From positions 82,398,001 through 82,462,000 of the forward strand of contig NC_042997.1 of the NCBI RefSeq assembly GCF_006345805.1: a DNA stretch of 64,000 nt, read 5' to 3'. This document shows positions 38,219-50,689 of this stretch, one piece after another; within the stretch, counting starts at the first letter, position 1; each line of letters opens with the position of its first letter. A program made the translations under genes and the position numbers. The notes beneath the pieces were generated by a model that saw nothing but the letters and a program-made list of their open reading frames with translations, had not been told where the DNA came from and searched no databases. The stretch comes from Octopus sinensis. Its lineage: Eukaryota.

Positions 38219-39835
38219 CCATTTCTCTTCTCAGAGCTCTCAATATCACATTCTCCAGTTAATTCTGTAAGAACAGACAACAACCAGACCAGTAGTCAGT
38301 AGTCTCACAGGGTCTCTTTTCACAATACTCAACACCCAAATACAAATCTCAAGATTCTCAGTGTCCTCAATAAAGCAGTTTTCTGAGCATGTTCTACTTT
38401 CATGTCAATCCCAATTTCTCCAACAAATTTTTCAAACCTAGTAGTTAATGCTCCCAATGTCCCTGCAGCTACTGGGATGACACTTATTCTCTTCATTGCC
38501 CACATTCATACAATTTCATCTTTTAGTGCCTTGTATTTCTCAATCTTTTCCAGCTCTTTGTCACCCACTCACACATTGTCAGGTATGGCAGAATCTGTGA
38601 TCCTGGTTTCCTTCATCCCTTAATCCTCTACAACAATGTCTGGTCTCCAAGCATCAATCGCTGAATCATACTGAATTGTAAAATCCCATAAGATCTTCTG
38701 CTTGTTTTTCTCAGTGATGCCTTCTGGTTTATGCTTGTATCATTTCAATGTCCTTTCAAGACTTCTCACACAGTCTCCAGTGAGCAAACTTCACCATGTT
38801 ATCATGCCTCCGTTTGTATTCCTTTTGGACCAGTTTGCTAACTCACTCATGACATGTGAAATTGTTTTGTTTTTACTGCTATACATCCTACAAAAGGGTG
38901 ATTCACTACTCTTATCCATTTGGAACTTAGTGTAATTAGTTCTCAAAGCTTGTTCATGGGTACTGCATATCAATGCCTCAGTGCATCTTTTCAGACCACT
39001 ATTTCTTAGCCATCTCCAGATGTTGGTCTTGTCTTTCCCTTCAATTTCTCTGAGGTATTTCCTATGCATCATTTTCATTTTCCAGCTCTTCAATCTTTGT
39101 TCTCCATCTTGTTTCTTAAATTCTTTTGGGTAAGTTGCATTTTCACTCAGTGTCATGTTGCTCTTTCTAATAGCAACAAACAAAGGTTTGATATACCATC
39201 CCAGACTGTTTTCCTCATTGACAACACAGACCTAGAATCTAATAAGACCTCTTCCTCCCTTGTATCTAGGTAAACACAGTCTATCAGTATCGCTTTTAAG
39301 TTGCAGTTCCTTGTTCACTGTCATCACTTTCCAGGTTTTTCTATCCATTCTCTCAAGCTCAATCTTTGTCCACCTAACAACACCTGTGCTGTATCGCATC
39401 ACGGAGACAACCCATGTATTCATTGCCCTGATCTTGTTCTTTCCCTTGAGTTTACTTTCTATAATTAATTTGGGTATTCTGAGGTATTCTCGCCTAAAAC
39501 TTTCCTTCATCTCATTATCTCATTCTCCTTGATTTTGTCATACTCCAAAATACCCAGATACTTATATCCATCCACCTCAACACCATCAAATGACACTACT
39601 TTGCCTATTTTTATGATAAGCATGCCACACTTTATAATCCCAAATTTCATCCCAATATCTTTACTGAATATCTGCTGTGTTGAGACCAGACCATTTATTT
39701 CATGTTCGATCTTACCAAAAATTTTAAAGGCATCCATATAGAACAGATAATTTAACTTTTTCCAAGGTGTATCCTGATGTCACTTTCTATATTTGTGTGA
39801 GGGGTATCATACAAATCACAAACACGACAACAACA
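38219..39835 (-). mobile_element. R4/Dong-type RLE LINE, 5'-truncated, inserted in (TAA)n
   Basis: RT end (YMDA), CRMY Zn-knuckle region and KILWDFTIQYDSAIDAWRPDIVV RLE motif; flanked by (TAA)n at 38105-38218 and ~39836-39922. Confidence 0.88.
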
Positions 39836-39838
39836 ACA

Positions 39839-39923
<85 letters not shown>

Positions 39924-40092
39924 TTTTAGTCGTAGATGTAGTTTTCTCTACTTTGTTCGTTTCAATAGATCAGAGAATAAAGACAGTTCTTTAAGCCAGA
40001 ATATGAAGAAGACATTGTAAGTGAGAGGAGTCAACAATCTCAACAAATTACTTATTATGCAATAATATTTTTTCAATCTTATTTTTCAACAG

Positions 40093-40230
40093 TTGAACAA
40101 AGCACCAAAAGATTACTTAGAAGACCCAACAGATATCCTTGCTTTAAGGAAAGAAGATATGATTGCTCCTGATAATGTAGTAGAGAACTTAAATGCAGAG
40201 TTTGATGATGCAAAAAATGACAGTGACTGA
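40093..40230 (+). CDS. Dpy-30/ankyrin protein, last coding exon (LNKAPKDYL...KNDSD*)
   Basis: tttttcaacag acceptor, 138 nt phase 0, TGA stop. Confidence 0.82.
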   Translation: MNKAPKDYLEDPTDILALRKEDMIAPDNVVENLNAEFDDAKNDSD

Positions 40231-40273
40231 AGAATGTAGTTAACGGTTACTCATTAATATGAATGACTAAACA

Positions 40274-40279
40274 AATAAA
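40274..40279 (+). terminator. Candidate polyadenylation signal AATAAA of the nested gene
   Basis: 44 nt after the stop codon. Confidence 0.5.
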
Positions 40280-40386
40280 ATCATTCCAATGAAACATAAA
40301 TTATTTTATTAATTATTCTACTGGGTGATTCAAAAGTCTCTTTGTCATTACAACTAACATTAGTTCAGGTCACTTGAGCTTCATAT

Positions 40387-41054
40387 CCCTTTAGCATTTA
40401 AACTGGACATATCCAACCTAAATATTCTACCTGTTCTATATTCAAACCAGCTAAAACCAGACTCTCATACTTACCCTACAATGTCATTCTAAAAATGAAA
40501 AATCACATCATCAAAACCTTAAGGCTACAAGATAATACATGATTAATTCAAAACAATGTGAATAAATAAGTATTACCTTTGACCAAGTAATCTGAATGCT
40601 ATAGTTAATGTACATCTTATTTCTCCCTCACACAGCCTCCATCAATCACCTCACTGCATTCATTAATAGCCACCTCAACTGCAGTCTCCTCCACCAATGA
40701 CTGCCACAGCTTAGAGATTCCAGGATAGCTGGTCTACTGCCCTACCATCCAATACTGCCAACTGTCTGGATTGCCCCAGGCAGTTGAACTACCATTATAG
40801 TGCACCATTTTTGGACAATGAATATTCTCTCATCTATAACCCTTTAACATTTGAGCTATCAAGCTCAAACATTCTACCTGGTTTTATGTTTGAACTGGCC
40901 AGATTCAGCCTTTCACGCTTACTTTACAATATCATTCTAAAAATAAACAGTCACATCATTAAAATCTTGAAACAACAAGATCGTGCATGATCAATTTGAA
41001 ACAATATGTATCAGTAAGTATTACATTTTATAGAGTAATCTGAATGCTAAAGGG
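40387..41054. mobile_element. Two piggyBac-type MITE copies (40387-40604, 40840-41054); third at 44100-44318
   Basis: TIR ccctttagcatt / gaatgctaaaggg, about 215 bp; TTAA on both sides of the 44100 copy. Confidence 0.7.
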
Positions 41055-41829
41055 CTAAATAACATTTTCTAGAATATATAAACGAGATAAATAAGTCAAA
41101 ATATATTCACAACAAAAAAGCAAGAATACTGTTAAAATGCAGAAAAAGATTGTAGCAAAGTAAAAAATTTTTTAAATCGTGTCATTTAAATGCGAAAAGG
41201 ACTTCTGAATGACTCTGTATAATAACTAAAAATAACATGAAATTGTGAGATATTTTGTAAACTTAAGAATAGTACACTAAACTGATAAATTATTTGGTAT
41301 AGTTTTGCAACAGGAAAAAAAAAAATGTGTGTGTCTGTGTGTGTATAGCTGTCTGTGAATACTACATAAATCCTGAAGCAATTCATAAAAATTTATTATT
41401 TCAATGTTTTTAACCAGTTTCCATTTACACATACATGCACAAATCTCTTTCTTTCCGTCTTTCTCCCTTCTAAACACTATTTTTATTCACTAGCAAAAGT
41501 TTTAAAAGAGACAGTTTATTTCTTGGAGTTAAATGCCACTCCCAATGCCTATAATTTCTTTATTTTGTGTACATTAAAACAAGAAAAGTCATGTGCGTTG
41601 ATCTTTTATTATACAAATAAAATTTCAGACCTTTGATGAGTATACTTACTGAAATATTTCTTGGGTAGCAATTATTGTGATTTGTTTTGGTAAATATTAC
41701 AATAATGTTAAAGAGAAACAATAATTAAAAATAATAACCCAAAAAAACAAAATGAATAAAAAGCAAATAAAAATTATTGTGCTATATCCCAAATTTATCA
41801 AGTGCACATTGTTAATAACATGAGAAACA

Positions 41830-42630
41830 AACTTCTGCTTTGAGTACATAGACAGAAGATTTCCAGCTCTGAGCATGGAGAAGCTGAAGGCAAGTATATT
41901 TGACAGGCTACAGATCAGAGAACTCATGAAAGGCCCACATTTCCAAGATTCAATTTAGAATACTAAGGTAGATGCATGGTCTTCATTCACTTTGTAAGAA
42001 ATTTTCTTGGAAGCTATAAAGCAGATAACTACTTTGAACAAGTAGAGAACATGCTCTCTTCTTTCTATTGACTTGGCTGGATAGTAGGAGCATCAAAGTG
42101 CATTACCTCCACAACCACTTGGATTATTTCCCAGACAACCTTGGTGATCGAAGCGATGAACAAGGTAAATGATTCTACCAAGATTTAACAATTATGGAAG
42201 AAAAATGTCATGGACACCGGGAAACCCATGTGATGGTAGACTACTTCTGGACCTTTCAACATGATTGCTCTGGGGCAGCTCCCCACAGGAAGTTTCTGAG
42301 ATGCTACTTCTGTGAGATGTCTGAGTAAATGAACATGGTATCACTGGTAACTTTCTATGCTTGTTTTCATCCATTCTATGGATGTAATTTAATCATAAAC
42401 ATATTCTTTATATGAAGCCACTTTTTTTTTTATCCAAAAGGTGACAGTAAAGATTTGTAGTTATCAATCCTTGTGTCCAATTGGTTGTTTGTATTGCAAT
42501 TAGTGGGTATAATATATCTTGATAACCAGAGCTGATGAAGAAAAACTGATGGTACATTTAGAATCAGCAACCAAAATTTACCTAAAAACAAGTTGAATAT
42601 ATCAGGTGCCAAATTCTGTGTTCTCCTGCA
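41830..42630 (+). mobile_element. Fossil DNA transposase, Chapaev3/CMC-like
   Basis: Manual translation CFEYIDRRFPALSMEKLKASIFDRLQIRELM and FPDNLGDRSDEQGK*FYQDL..VMVDYFWT; superfamily name from recalled motifs (GIFDGPQIR, SDEQGERFHQD). Confidence 0.65.
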
Positions 42631-42889
42631 ATACTGACTTTTATGTTTTTATATTCAAACCAATATTTTACAATTCCTACATTTTCTGCAGATCATTGAC
42701 AACCTCTGTAAGTGAACTACTCAGTGTGTGTATGTGTGTTTGCGTGTGTGTGTGTGTGTGTGTGTATGTGTTTGTGTTTGTGTGTGTGTGCGTGCATGTG
42801 TGTGCGTGCATGTGTGTGCATTGGCATGGAATAAACAAAAATTAGTTCTGAGTTGTTCTTTTTAAGATCGACCTGTCTTTCACCCCATG

Positions 42890-43275
42890 TAAGATCAATC
42901 AAATAAGTACCAAACGATGTACTGGGTATGATATAATCAACTAAAACCTTTAAAAGCAGTGCCCCAGCATTGTCATAAGTCCATTAATTGAAATCATTTT
43001 ATTGTTGTTTGTTTCAGTCATTGGACTGTGGCTACGCTGGGGTACTGCTTTGAATGGTTTAGCTGAACAAATCCCCTGGCCCTGTACTTTTGGAGTCTGA
43101 TACTTATTCTATCAGTCTCTTGCTGAACTGCTAAGTTACAAGGATGTACAAAAACAACCACCAGCTGTTAAGCAGTAATGAGAGTGGGGGACAAACACAA
43201 ACACACACACACACACCTGTATCTGAGGCCATGTGGTTGCAAAACAAGCTTCTTAATCACTCAGCTATACCTGCA
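42890..43275 (-). mobile_element. tRNA-derived SINE family A, degenerate
   Basis: Shares gtttcagtcattggactgtggc..tacttattctatcagtctcttgc with 54893-55293. Confidence 0.7.
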
Positions 43276-43364
43276 CCTAACTGGTAAAAACAAATGATAA
43301 TAAAAAGACTACTAATCACAAGAATTTAATATTACAATTTAATACTGGTATAATTTAAACTCAC

Positions 43365-43915
43365 CTCTAAGTTTGCTTGTTTTATTATTAAGTCTGTTTT
43401 GTGACACATTATTACCAGACTTATTTATTTTTTCACACCATTCTTTATACGTTTCTCTAGCTTTCTCTTGACGTAGTTTGTGTAATGATTCTTCTTCTTT
43501 CTTCTTTTGGGTTTCAATCTTTTTTTTAGTTTTCTCAAGCATTTTCTTCTTATCAAGCCACTGTTTAAAGTTAACTTCAGACTTTTCAGCAATTTCTTGT
43601 TTTCTGACAGCTTCCTGTTTCTTCTTTTCAATATATTCTCGTCTTTCTTGACAAATGTGCAATCTTTCTGCTTTAGCTTTCTCTTCAAGCCACTTATACC
43701 GAGAAAGGTTAATTTGGATTTTTTTTTCTTCCAAAGCTTGTGCCTCTCTGATTTTGGCAATTTTCTTCATTTTCTTTTGTTCTTCTTGTTTGATAGTGAT
43801 GTCTCGTTCTTCTTTTATTTTCATAAGTAACCACTTTTCCCAAGGTGTCAGGGGACGTGGTAATTTTTCATTGCTTGATGAGGGACAAACTGATTGACTT
43901 CCACTTGGGACAAAA
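43365..43915 (-). CDS. CCDC34: CCDC34 coding exon 2 (coiled-coil; LTPWEKWLLMKIKEERD...KWL..FKQWL..YKEWCEK)
   Basis: tttgacag acceptor at 43916, g|gtgagt donor at 43364; 551 nt = 1+549+1; LTPWExW and periodic W-containing helices typical of CCDC34. Confidence 0.9.
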
Positions 43916-44854
43916 CTGTCAAAGAATAATTAAAGAAATAAACATAATCAAGTTTAGTGCATAATATTTTTTAATATCTATAATATCATTACAAACTGAT
44001 TTTGCTTCCTTTCTCTGAGCAATACTTCATTTTCAGTCCAGTATATATATTAGCATGGAATATTGAAGTAAGTTGTTTTACATCGTTATATTTTCTTAAC
44101 CCTTTAGCATTCAAACTGACAATATCTGACCAAAATATTCTGCCTGTTTTATACTGAAACTGGCCAGAGCTGGCCTTTCACCTCAACCCTACAATGTTAT
44201 TCTAAAACTATGTAAACACATCATCAAAATCTCAAAGCTATGAGATAATTCATGATTAATTCAAAGCAAAAAAAATAAACAAACACACATTTGACAGAAT
44301 AATCTGAATGCTAAATAGTTAATGCTGACTAAATTACGGTATGAGTACCATAGTTGTCAAACTATGGTGCACGTGTTTTTGTTTATGTTTGTGAAGAAGG
44401 TCATCACTTTCTGTAAAATTTTTATTATTCTTTTTATATATGTGAGGTATGGGGGAAGGGTATCTTTTCAAGTCGGCGTAAAAGCAAAAGAGACAGAGAG
44501 AATGCAATTGGATCGGGAAGGTTCTTTTGAAGTTGGTGGGCCATCTGTGTGTGTGTGTGTTTGTGTGTGTTTGTGTGTATGTGTGTGTGTCACTGAAGCC
44601 ATACATACATACATAACAACCTGCATGTGTGTCACTAAAGCCATTCATACATACATATATAACCTCTCTCTCTCTTTCACTTTTTCTCTGTCAATCACTC
44701 ACACATTCACTCACTACAAAAAGTGAATTTAAAAATTTCAGTTATCTCTCTCTCACATACACACACAGCAGCAACATTACTCTGTCTGTCTCTTCACACA
44801 CACTAACAACAGCACTTCACATACACGCCACACTTTCTGTCTCGCACACCCCAT

Positions 44855-44927
<73 letters not shown>

Positions 44928-45889
44928 GTGTGTGCATGCGCACATCAATTCTTCCGATTCACGCCAATTTCAAAAGGACTTCCCTCATACAATCGCACTT
45001 TCTCTGTCTCTTTCACTTTCACACTGACTTCAAAAGATCCCCGTTCCCCCAAACCTATATGTAAAAAAATAATTTTTTTTTACGGAAACCTACGATCATC
45101 TTCACAAATGTAGATAAACACACATAGTTTATAAGTGACAGTTATGTGACCAGTATCGTAAGATCGCCATCGCCATTAATGCTAAATAACTTCAGTGGGA
45201 ACTGAGATCTGTTTTACATTTTACTGAGCAGCAAGGGAATGATGTTCTTATCTAACAACTAAAATGAAAATCCTTATTCTTTGTTTGTTTGTTTTTTTTC
45301 CTATTTTCCGGTGGTAAAAAAGGGAAGATAAAATAAATATGAAACTACTGAAGCTATAAAATATGTAATTGTTATTAAGTATCCTATGCTCAAAAAAGAT
45401 AAATAGAACTAATTACTCAGTCATTTTGAACCCTGTAATATTTTTTTGTACTGCCTTCAGGAAAAGAGCACATAGTTTCTAACAGGTATTAACAACATAA
45501 GAGAAATGAAATAGCTAAAATCTAGAATAAAACCTGTGTAACTGACTCAGTACATTGATAGTTTATTTCCTGCTTTAGCTAAGAAAAGCAACAGATCTCT
45601 AAAATCTACAATAGTCTATGTCATTATAGCCATAACACTCAAATTATTCTGTCAAATGTAAATCACATTGTTTTGATGATGTGACTACTTTTAGAATGAC
45701 ATTTTTGGGTAGATATGAGAGGCTGCATGTGGGTGGTTTGTACATAGAGCAAGTAGAATACTTAGATTGGATATGGTCAGTTTAAATACTAAAGAGATAA
45801 ATTATTGGAAATTATTCCTTGAATTAGTAAAGTTGTTGATTTCAACTATAGAATGTACAGATTCAATGTTGGTTAACAGGAGAATATTT

Positions 45890-46175
45890 TTTTCATTGCT
45901 GGTGCCATGTAAAAAGCATCCAGTCCACACTGTAAAGTGGTTGGCACTTGGAAGGGCACCCAGTTGTAAAAACCATGCCAAAACTGATCTCACTTGTGCT
46001 CGTGCCACGTAAAATGCACTGTCCGCTCTGCGGAGTGGTTGGTGTTAGGAAGGGCATCCAGTCATAAAAACCATGCCAAAACACATAATAGCCTGGAGTA
46101 GTCTTCTACCAGGCTGGCTCTTGACAAACCGTCCAACCCATGCCAACATGGAAGGCAGATGTTGATGATGATGAC
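45890..46175 (+). mobile_element. RTE LINE 3' UTR fragment with (GAT)n tail
   Basis: gtggttggtgttaggaagggcatccag...ccgtccaacccatgccaacatggaa..gatgatgatg. Confidence 0.75.
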
Positions 46176-47065
46176 CATGATCATGATGAAGTTAGCATGT
46201 ATGTACATGCATACACACATGCACAAATTTTTAATCTTACCACACACTAACATCTGTCAACTGAGTTTTATTGAGCCATGTCTTTACAACATTTTAAAAA
46301 ACAAATAATATACACTGGGAAAGAAATAAAACTCTATCCATTAGTTGGACATGGAAAAATTTGTGCTTCTTTTTGTATCTACCCTATTTTGTTTAGTTCC
46401 CACATATTGTTTCATGAAAAACTACAATATTTCATCTCCAAATAGTAATTTTCCCCATGATAGCTGTAAGTAATAAAGTTGTCATATCATTAAAAATAGT
46501 CCACAGAATCAATGTTCCTAGCAATGTTGTTTAATTTCCTAATACAAAGTGTGATTTTTTTTTTCTGATAGAATATGAAAATACAGAAAATAAAAGGTGT
46601 CAGTCATCTCAACAGTATAACAAATGTTTCTTTTTCAATACAACTCCTATCTCTGTCTCTCTCATTTACTCTCCATGAATAGTACATATACTCTACAACT
46701 GAAACATTTTCCTTGGCTACTTACCCTCCAGTACAAATAGAACAAACCAACTGAATAGTTACCTCTATTGCAACAAAGCAAATTGATTTTTTTGAACAGA
46801 TGTTACATGAAATGATATGGTTATGAAATTTTTTGAAGTGAAAAAGTCAAAAAATTACTGTTGTGATTAGATTACTAAATTCTACTTAGCTTAAAACTCC
46901 TTAGAGTTAACAAACATTTGAGATATATTTGACCATATTCATTGCTGTTTACTGTTGTGAATAAAACCTCTATACTGATCAAATATGTTTGACACACATT
47001 TGGTCTGTTTACTCACAACACTGTTTTCACACACCTACTACAACATATTTAGAGAAAGCTCATAC

Positions 47066-47427
47066 CTGGATCTCTCTTCATCAACATTTGAAATACAAAT
47101 ATCATGGAAATCTTTCGATATATCTTCAATGAAAGAGTTTCTACTTTCTTCTTTTTCTTTCAACAACTCAGAGAACATTTGGTTTTCTCTCTGATTTCTA
47201 GGTTGCAACAACTCATGACTAAAACATACTGTGTTTTCTCTTCTATTGTGAAAGTTCTTCTCTGATATTTGGCCATCTTCAGATTCATAGCTGTCATGAT
47301 CCAATATTGATAGTAAAGAAGCTGTTGAGCCAATTGAATCTAGAGAATTGTTCCTTTCTCTTACATATTGTAATTTCATCCAATCTGGCTTGGTAACAGT
47401 AGTTGTTACAGGCTGAGGGCGTGCCAT
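47066..47427 (-). CDS. CCDC34: CCDC34 coding exon 1 (MARPQPV...SIGSTASLLSILDHDSYE...EERS)
   Basis: Acceptor ctctttcag just upstream of ATG (so an unlocated 5' UTR exon exists); donor ag|gtatga; 362 nt phase 2 joins exon 2; STASLLS resembles CCDC34 STRSLLS. Confidence 0.8.
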
Positions 47428-47619
47428 CTAAATCACTGAAAGAGAGGGAAAAAATCACAGTAATTATAAATCTTCTGAACCATTTTAATATGATTAAAAC
47501 CTAGCATATTTTCAATCTTCAAAATTAATAACAAAATGCAAAAGCATGATTAATGACAATAGGTTGGAGTATAAGTAAAAGTGAGATGAGTGGCAAAATA
47601 AACAGAGCCAGATAAATGC

Positions 47620-48240
47620 CTTCATATTTAGTTGGAATTTACAAAAAACAAAAGACGAAGACAGGTGTATTAGTTTAATGCTCAGGTAAGAAAGTCTTTC
47701 ATGTTTCGAGCCTACACTCTTCAACAGAAAGGAACACGAGAAAATAAACAGAGAGAGAATAAAAAAAGCTTTAGCGGCTAGCGGTCAATCATGGTGGCTG
47801 GTTGGACAAAGGTGGTCAGACAGGAGAGCTAGGAAGAAGGGGAGATAATAAAGTAGTGGTGATCCCAAAACAAAGGTGCGTATGTACGTGAGAGTGTGTA
47901 AGTGTATGCATGTGGATAGGGGCTGGTGACCTTGATGTGTGAATGAGTGCATAAGTGTGTGCATCTGTCATGTGTGGGTGTGTGGATGGTGGTGTGGATG
48001 CAGGGAAGTGGTCAGTGCTAGTGTGTGCAGGGTGGTGTGATGTGGTGCAGTGGTGTGGGTGCTGGGAAGTGGTCAGTGCTAGTGTGTGTGAGGTGGTGCG
48101 ATGTGGTGGTGGTGTGGTGATGTGTGGTGTGTTGTGTTGTGTTGTGGTGGTGTGGTGTGGTGGTGTGGTGATGTGTGGTGTGGCATAATGTGGTGTGGTA
48201 TAATGTGGTGTTGGCGTGGGGGGGATGCGGGGGGGTCCAT
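47620..48240 (-). mobile_element. Penelope-like element 3' terminal region
   Basis: Homologous to 10185-10700. Confidence 0.7.
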
Positions 48241-48976
48241 CTATGTTCTTTGAATTTTATCCCTCTGGTAATGATAAAATGAAAGTTAGGCATGTAAAGG
48301 AATAATTTCAATCAACTAAATGCCCCTCTTACAAATTGTGATATTCTGTGAAAGAAAGGAATTGTCCTTTTATTCCTCCACTTCCTCATCTCTATTTATT
48401 ATAATTAAAGCAGCAAGCAAGGCCACAGTCTAATGACTGAGACAAGTAAAAAATAAAAGATATGCACACACACATCAATATATATAATATGCTATGTGTT
48501 TTTCTACATATGTTTTTTTTTTGTGAATAACAGTTTAGCATTTGAAGCTGTTGATTTTGTTCCATTCTGCAAGATTTACTTTATAAATCATATGACACGA
48601 GCTGGAGTCATTCTGTTTATTTTTTGTATTAGTCTTATAATGCTTACTGAAACAGTTTGAAGTTTTCTAAATTATCCAACAGTGTTTCTATTTTCTTGCT
48701 GTAAAAATGTCTTTACTTAATTCTGTTTGTCTTCTGTATTTGGAAGTTCATTCTGCTTAATTAATCTTATCCTAAATATAATAAAATGCAATGCATTTCA
48801 CACTAGTCACACTGGTTGAGAGAAACTAAAACAACAAACGGTGTGGGAGTGAGTGATAGTCAGAAATGCTAAATGCAGGTGAACTGTAATGAGTTGTTTT
48901 GCTCTGAAGTCACTGATATTTTAATCAAAATGAAACTAAATTTTTATCACAAATTAGCTTTATTTTATCAATTTCA

Positions 48977-49024
<48 letters not shown>

Positions 49025-50689
49025 AATATATATGAAATTAAATGTTAAACTCATTTGTTTTCAAAATATTGTACATGTAACATTTATAAATTATACATAT
49101 ACTAGCACGCCCATGTTATCAAAAATGCTAACAGTTCTATTAATGATAGAAAATGGTGTATCAAAACAATGAGAGAAACCATTGATAAATGTGACCAATT
49201 GAGTAAACATATGTACATAACACAGAATCGAAGTATTTGAATAATCAGATACAGTTGTAATGTCTGGGATGAAAATATCATCCATGATGACAATGATGGT
49301 GACAACGACAACACTTGTACAGAGAAAAGTATGTTTGCTACAAAAGATAATATAGCAGCAGCTTTTGAATTTGACAAAATATCTAGAAAATAAGTTGACT
49401 ATGAGAATTGTATAAATCCAGTAAGTGTCTATTTGTTCTAGGAACTAATCCAATAGGAGATAAGTTGAAAATGAAACCTCTATGCTTTAAGAAAGATGAT
49501 GGGGGCTTCCATCTGCCTTCCAAGTAGTGTACATCTTCCAGCCTTTTTGATTGAAAGTGGTAAGGCTAAATGGAAGGACAAAGAACTAAGCCAAAACACA
49601 AACTTGTGCCCCAGGGTTTGGGACAGAAATATCAAGGAGTCACTCAAGATTATCAGAAATGATGTCAAACTGTGACTTATTGTTATTAATGTAGGGTTGA
49701 CAAGAGGCAACATGTGATCAGGAAGAATCAAGATGGACTTACAAATCTTAACAACCACTAAAAGCTGCAAGGCCATACCAGAGCTGTGAGAACAGGTCTG
49801 GTATGCAACAAGACCAGCATGTCCCAGTTTCCAGAGCACTATTGGTCACAGCTCTGGAAGTGGTGGAGGAAGTCACTTCATGCCATTGCCTTGTGATGAG
49901 ATACAGGAGAAACAAAAAAAAAAAAATCATTGCTGAAAAGATAAGAAGTGAAAAATAAAAACCCAAGAGTGAACCTAAGCAAAAGATGATAAGAAAAAAT
50001 CTGAGGAGGCTCCATCACCTCAGAAAAACATCATGAAGTTCACAGTAGCACAATACAACCTATACATATATATCAAAGCGTCTTTTGAATCTTTGGTGAA
50101 TACTTTTGAAAGAATCTTTTAAATTCATGAATGATAGGATATTAGTAAAATGCTTACCATAAGGTTATGTGAACATGAAAGAAAGCTAACTAGAGGATAC
50201 TGAGATATTTTTAGTCTACCTAATCCCAAAAATTCTTTTAGGTACCTTTGGTAGGGTTGAAGGGGTGCCCTGGAACATTCAAGCCAGTGGGTTCCCACTA
50301 TGTGTGGAGAAATAATTATAAACATTTTCCATGATTTTCAGATCTAAATTATATCTTGTTTTTATTGTTGCATTATTGTTGTTGTTGTTATGTATATCCT
50401 TTCTTATTAAATTTTTAATCCATCAGTGGTATGATCTCTTCATTCCTCCAGGGTCAATAAAGTACCACAAAAACCTATGTAATTTATGCACTTTTTTACG
50501 CAAAAATACAAATAAACTTTAGTGGATGCTTAAATTATATGAGTAGAAGATTTCCAGAATTTAAAAAAAAATTTTTTTGTTGAAAAAAGAAGTACCAAAC
50601 TTAAACATTTGTACTGGAAGTTGTCTCCTTTAATGTCAGAATAGGTTTTTACAGTAAAAAAAAAATAATGATTTAGATATAATGAAGTT

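Noticed and set aside
43507-43897. Plus-strand ORFs of 107 aa and 80 aa, and the 111 aa alternative minus frame
   Set aside because: Shadows of the lysine/glutamate-rich CCDC34 exon.
49249-49420. Exon-like plus-strand segment ending in a GTAAGT donor (CNVWDENII...KISRK*VDYENCINP)
   Set aside because: In-frame stop, weak acceptor without a pyrimidine tract, no recognisable homology or partner exons.
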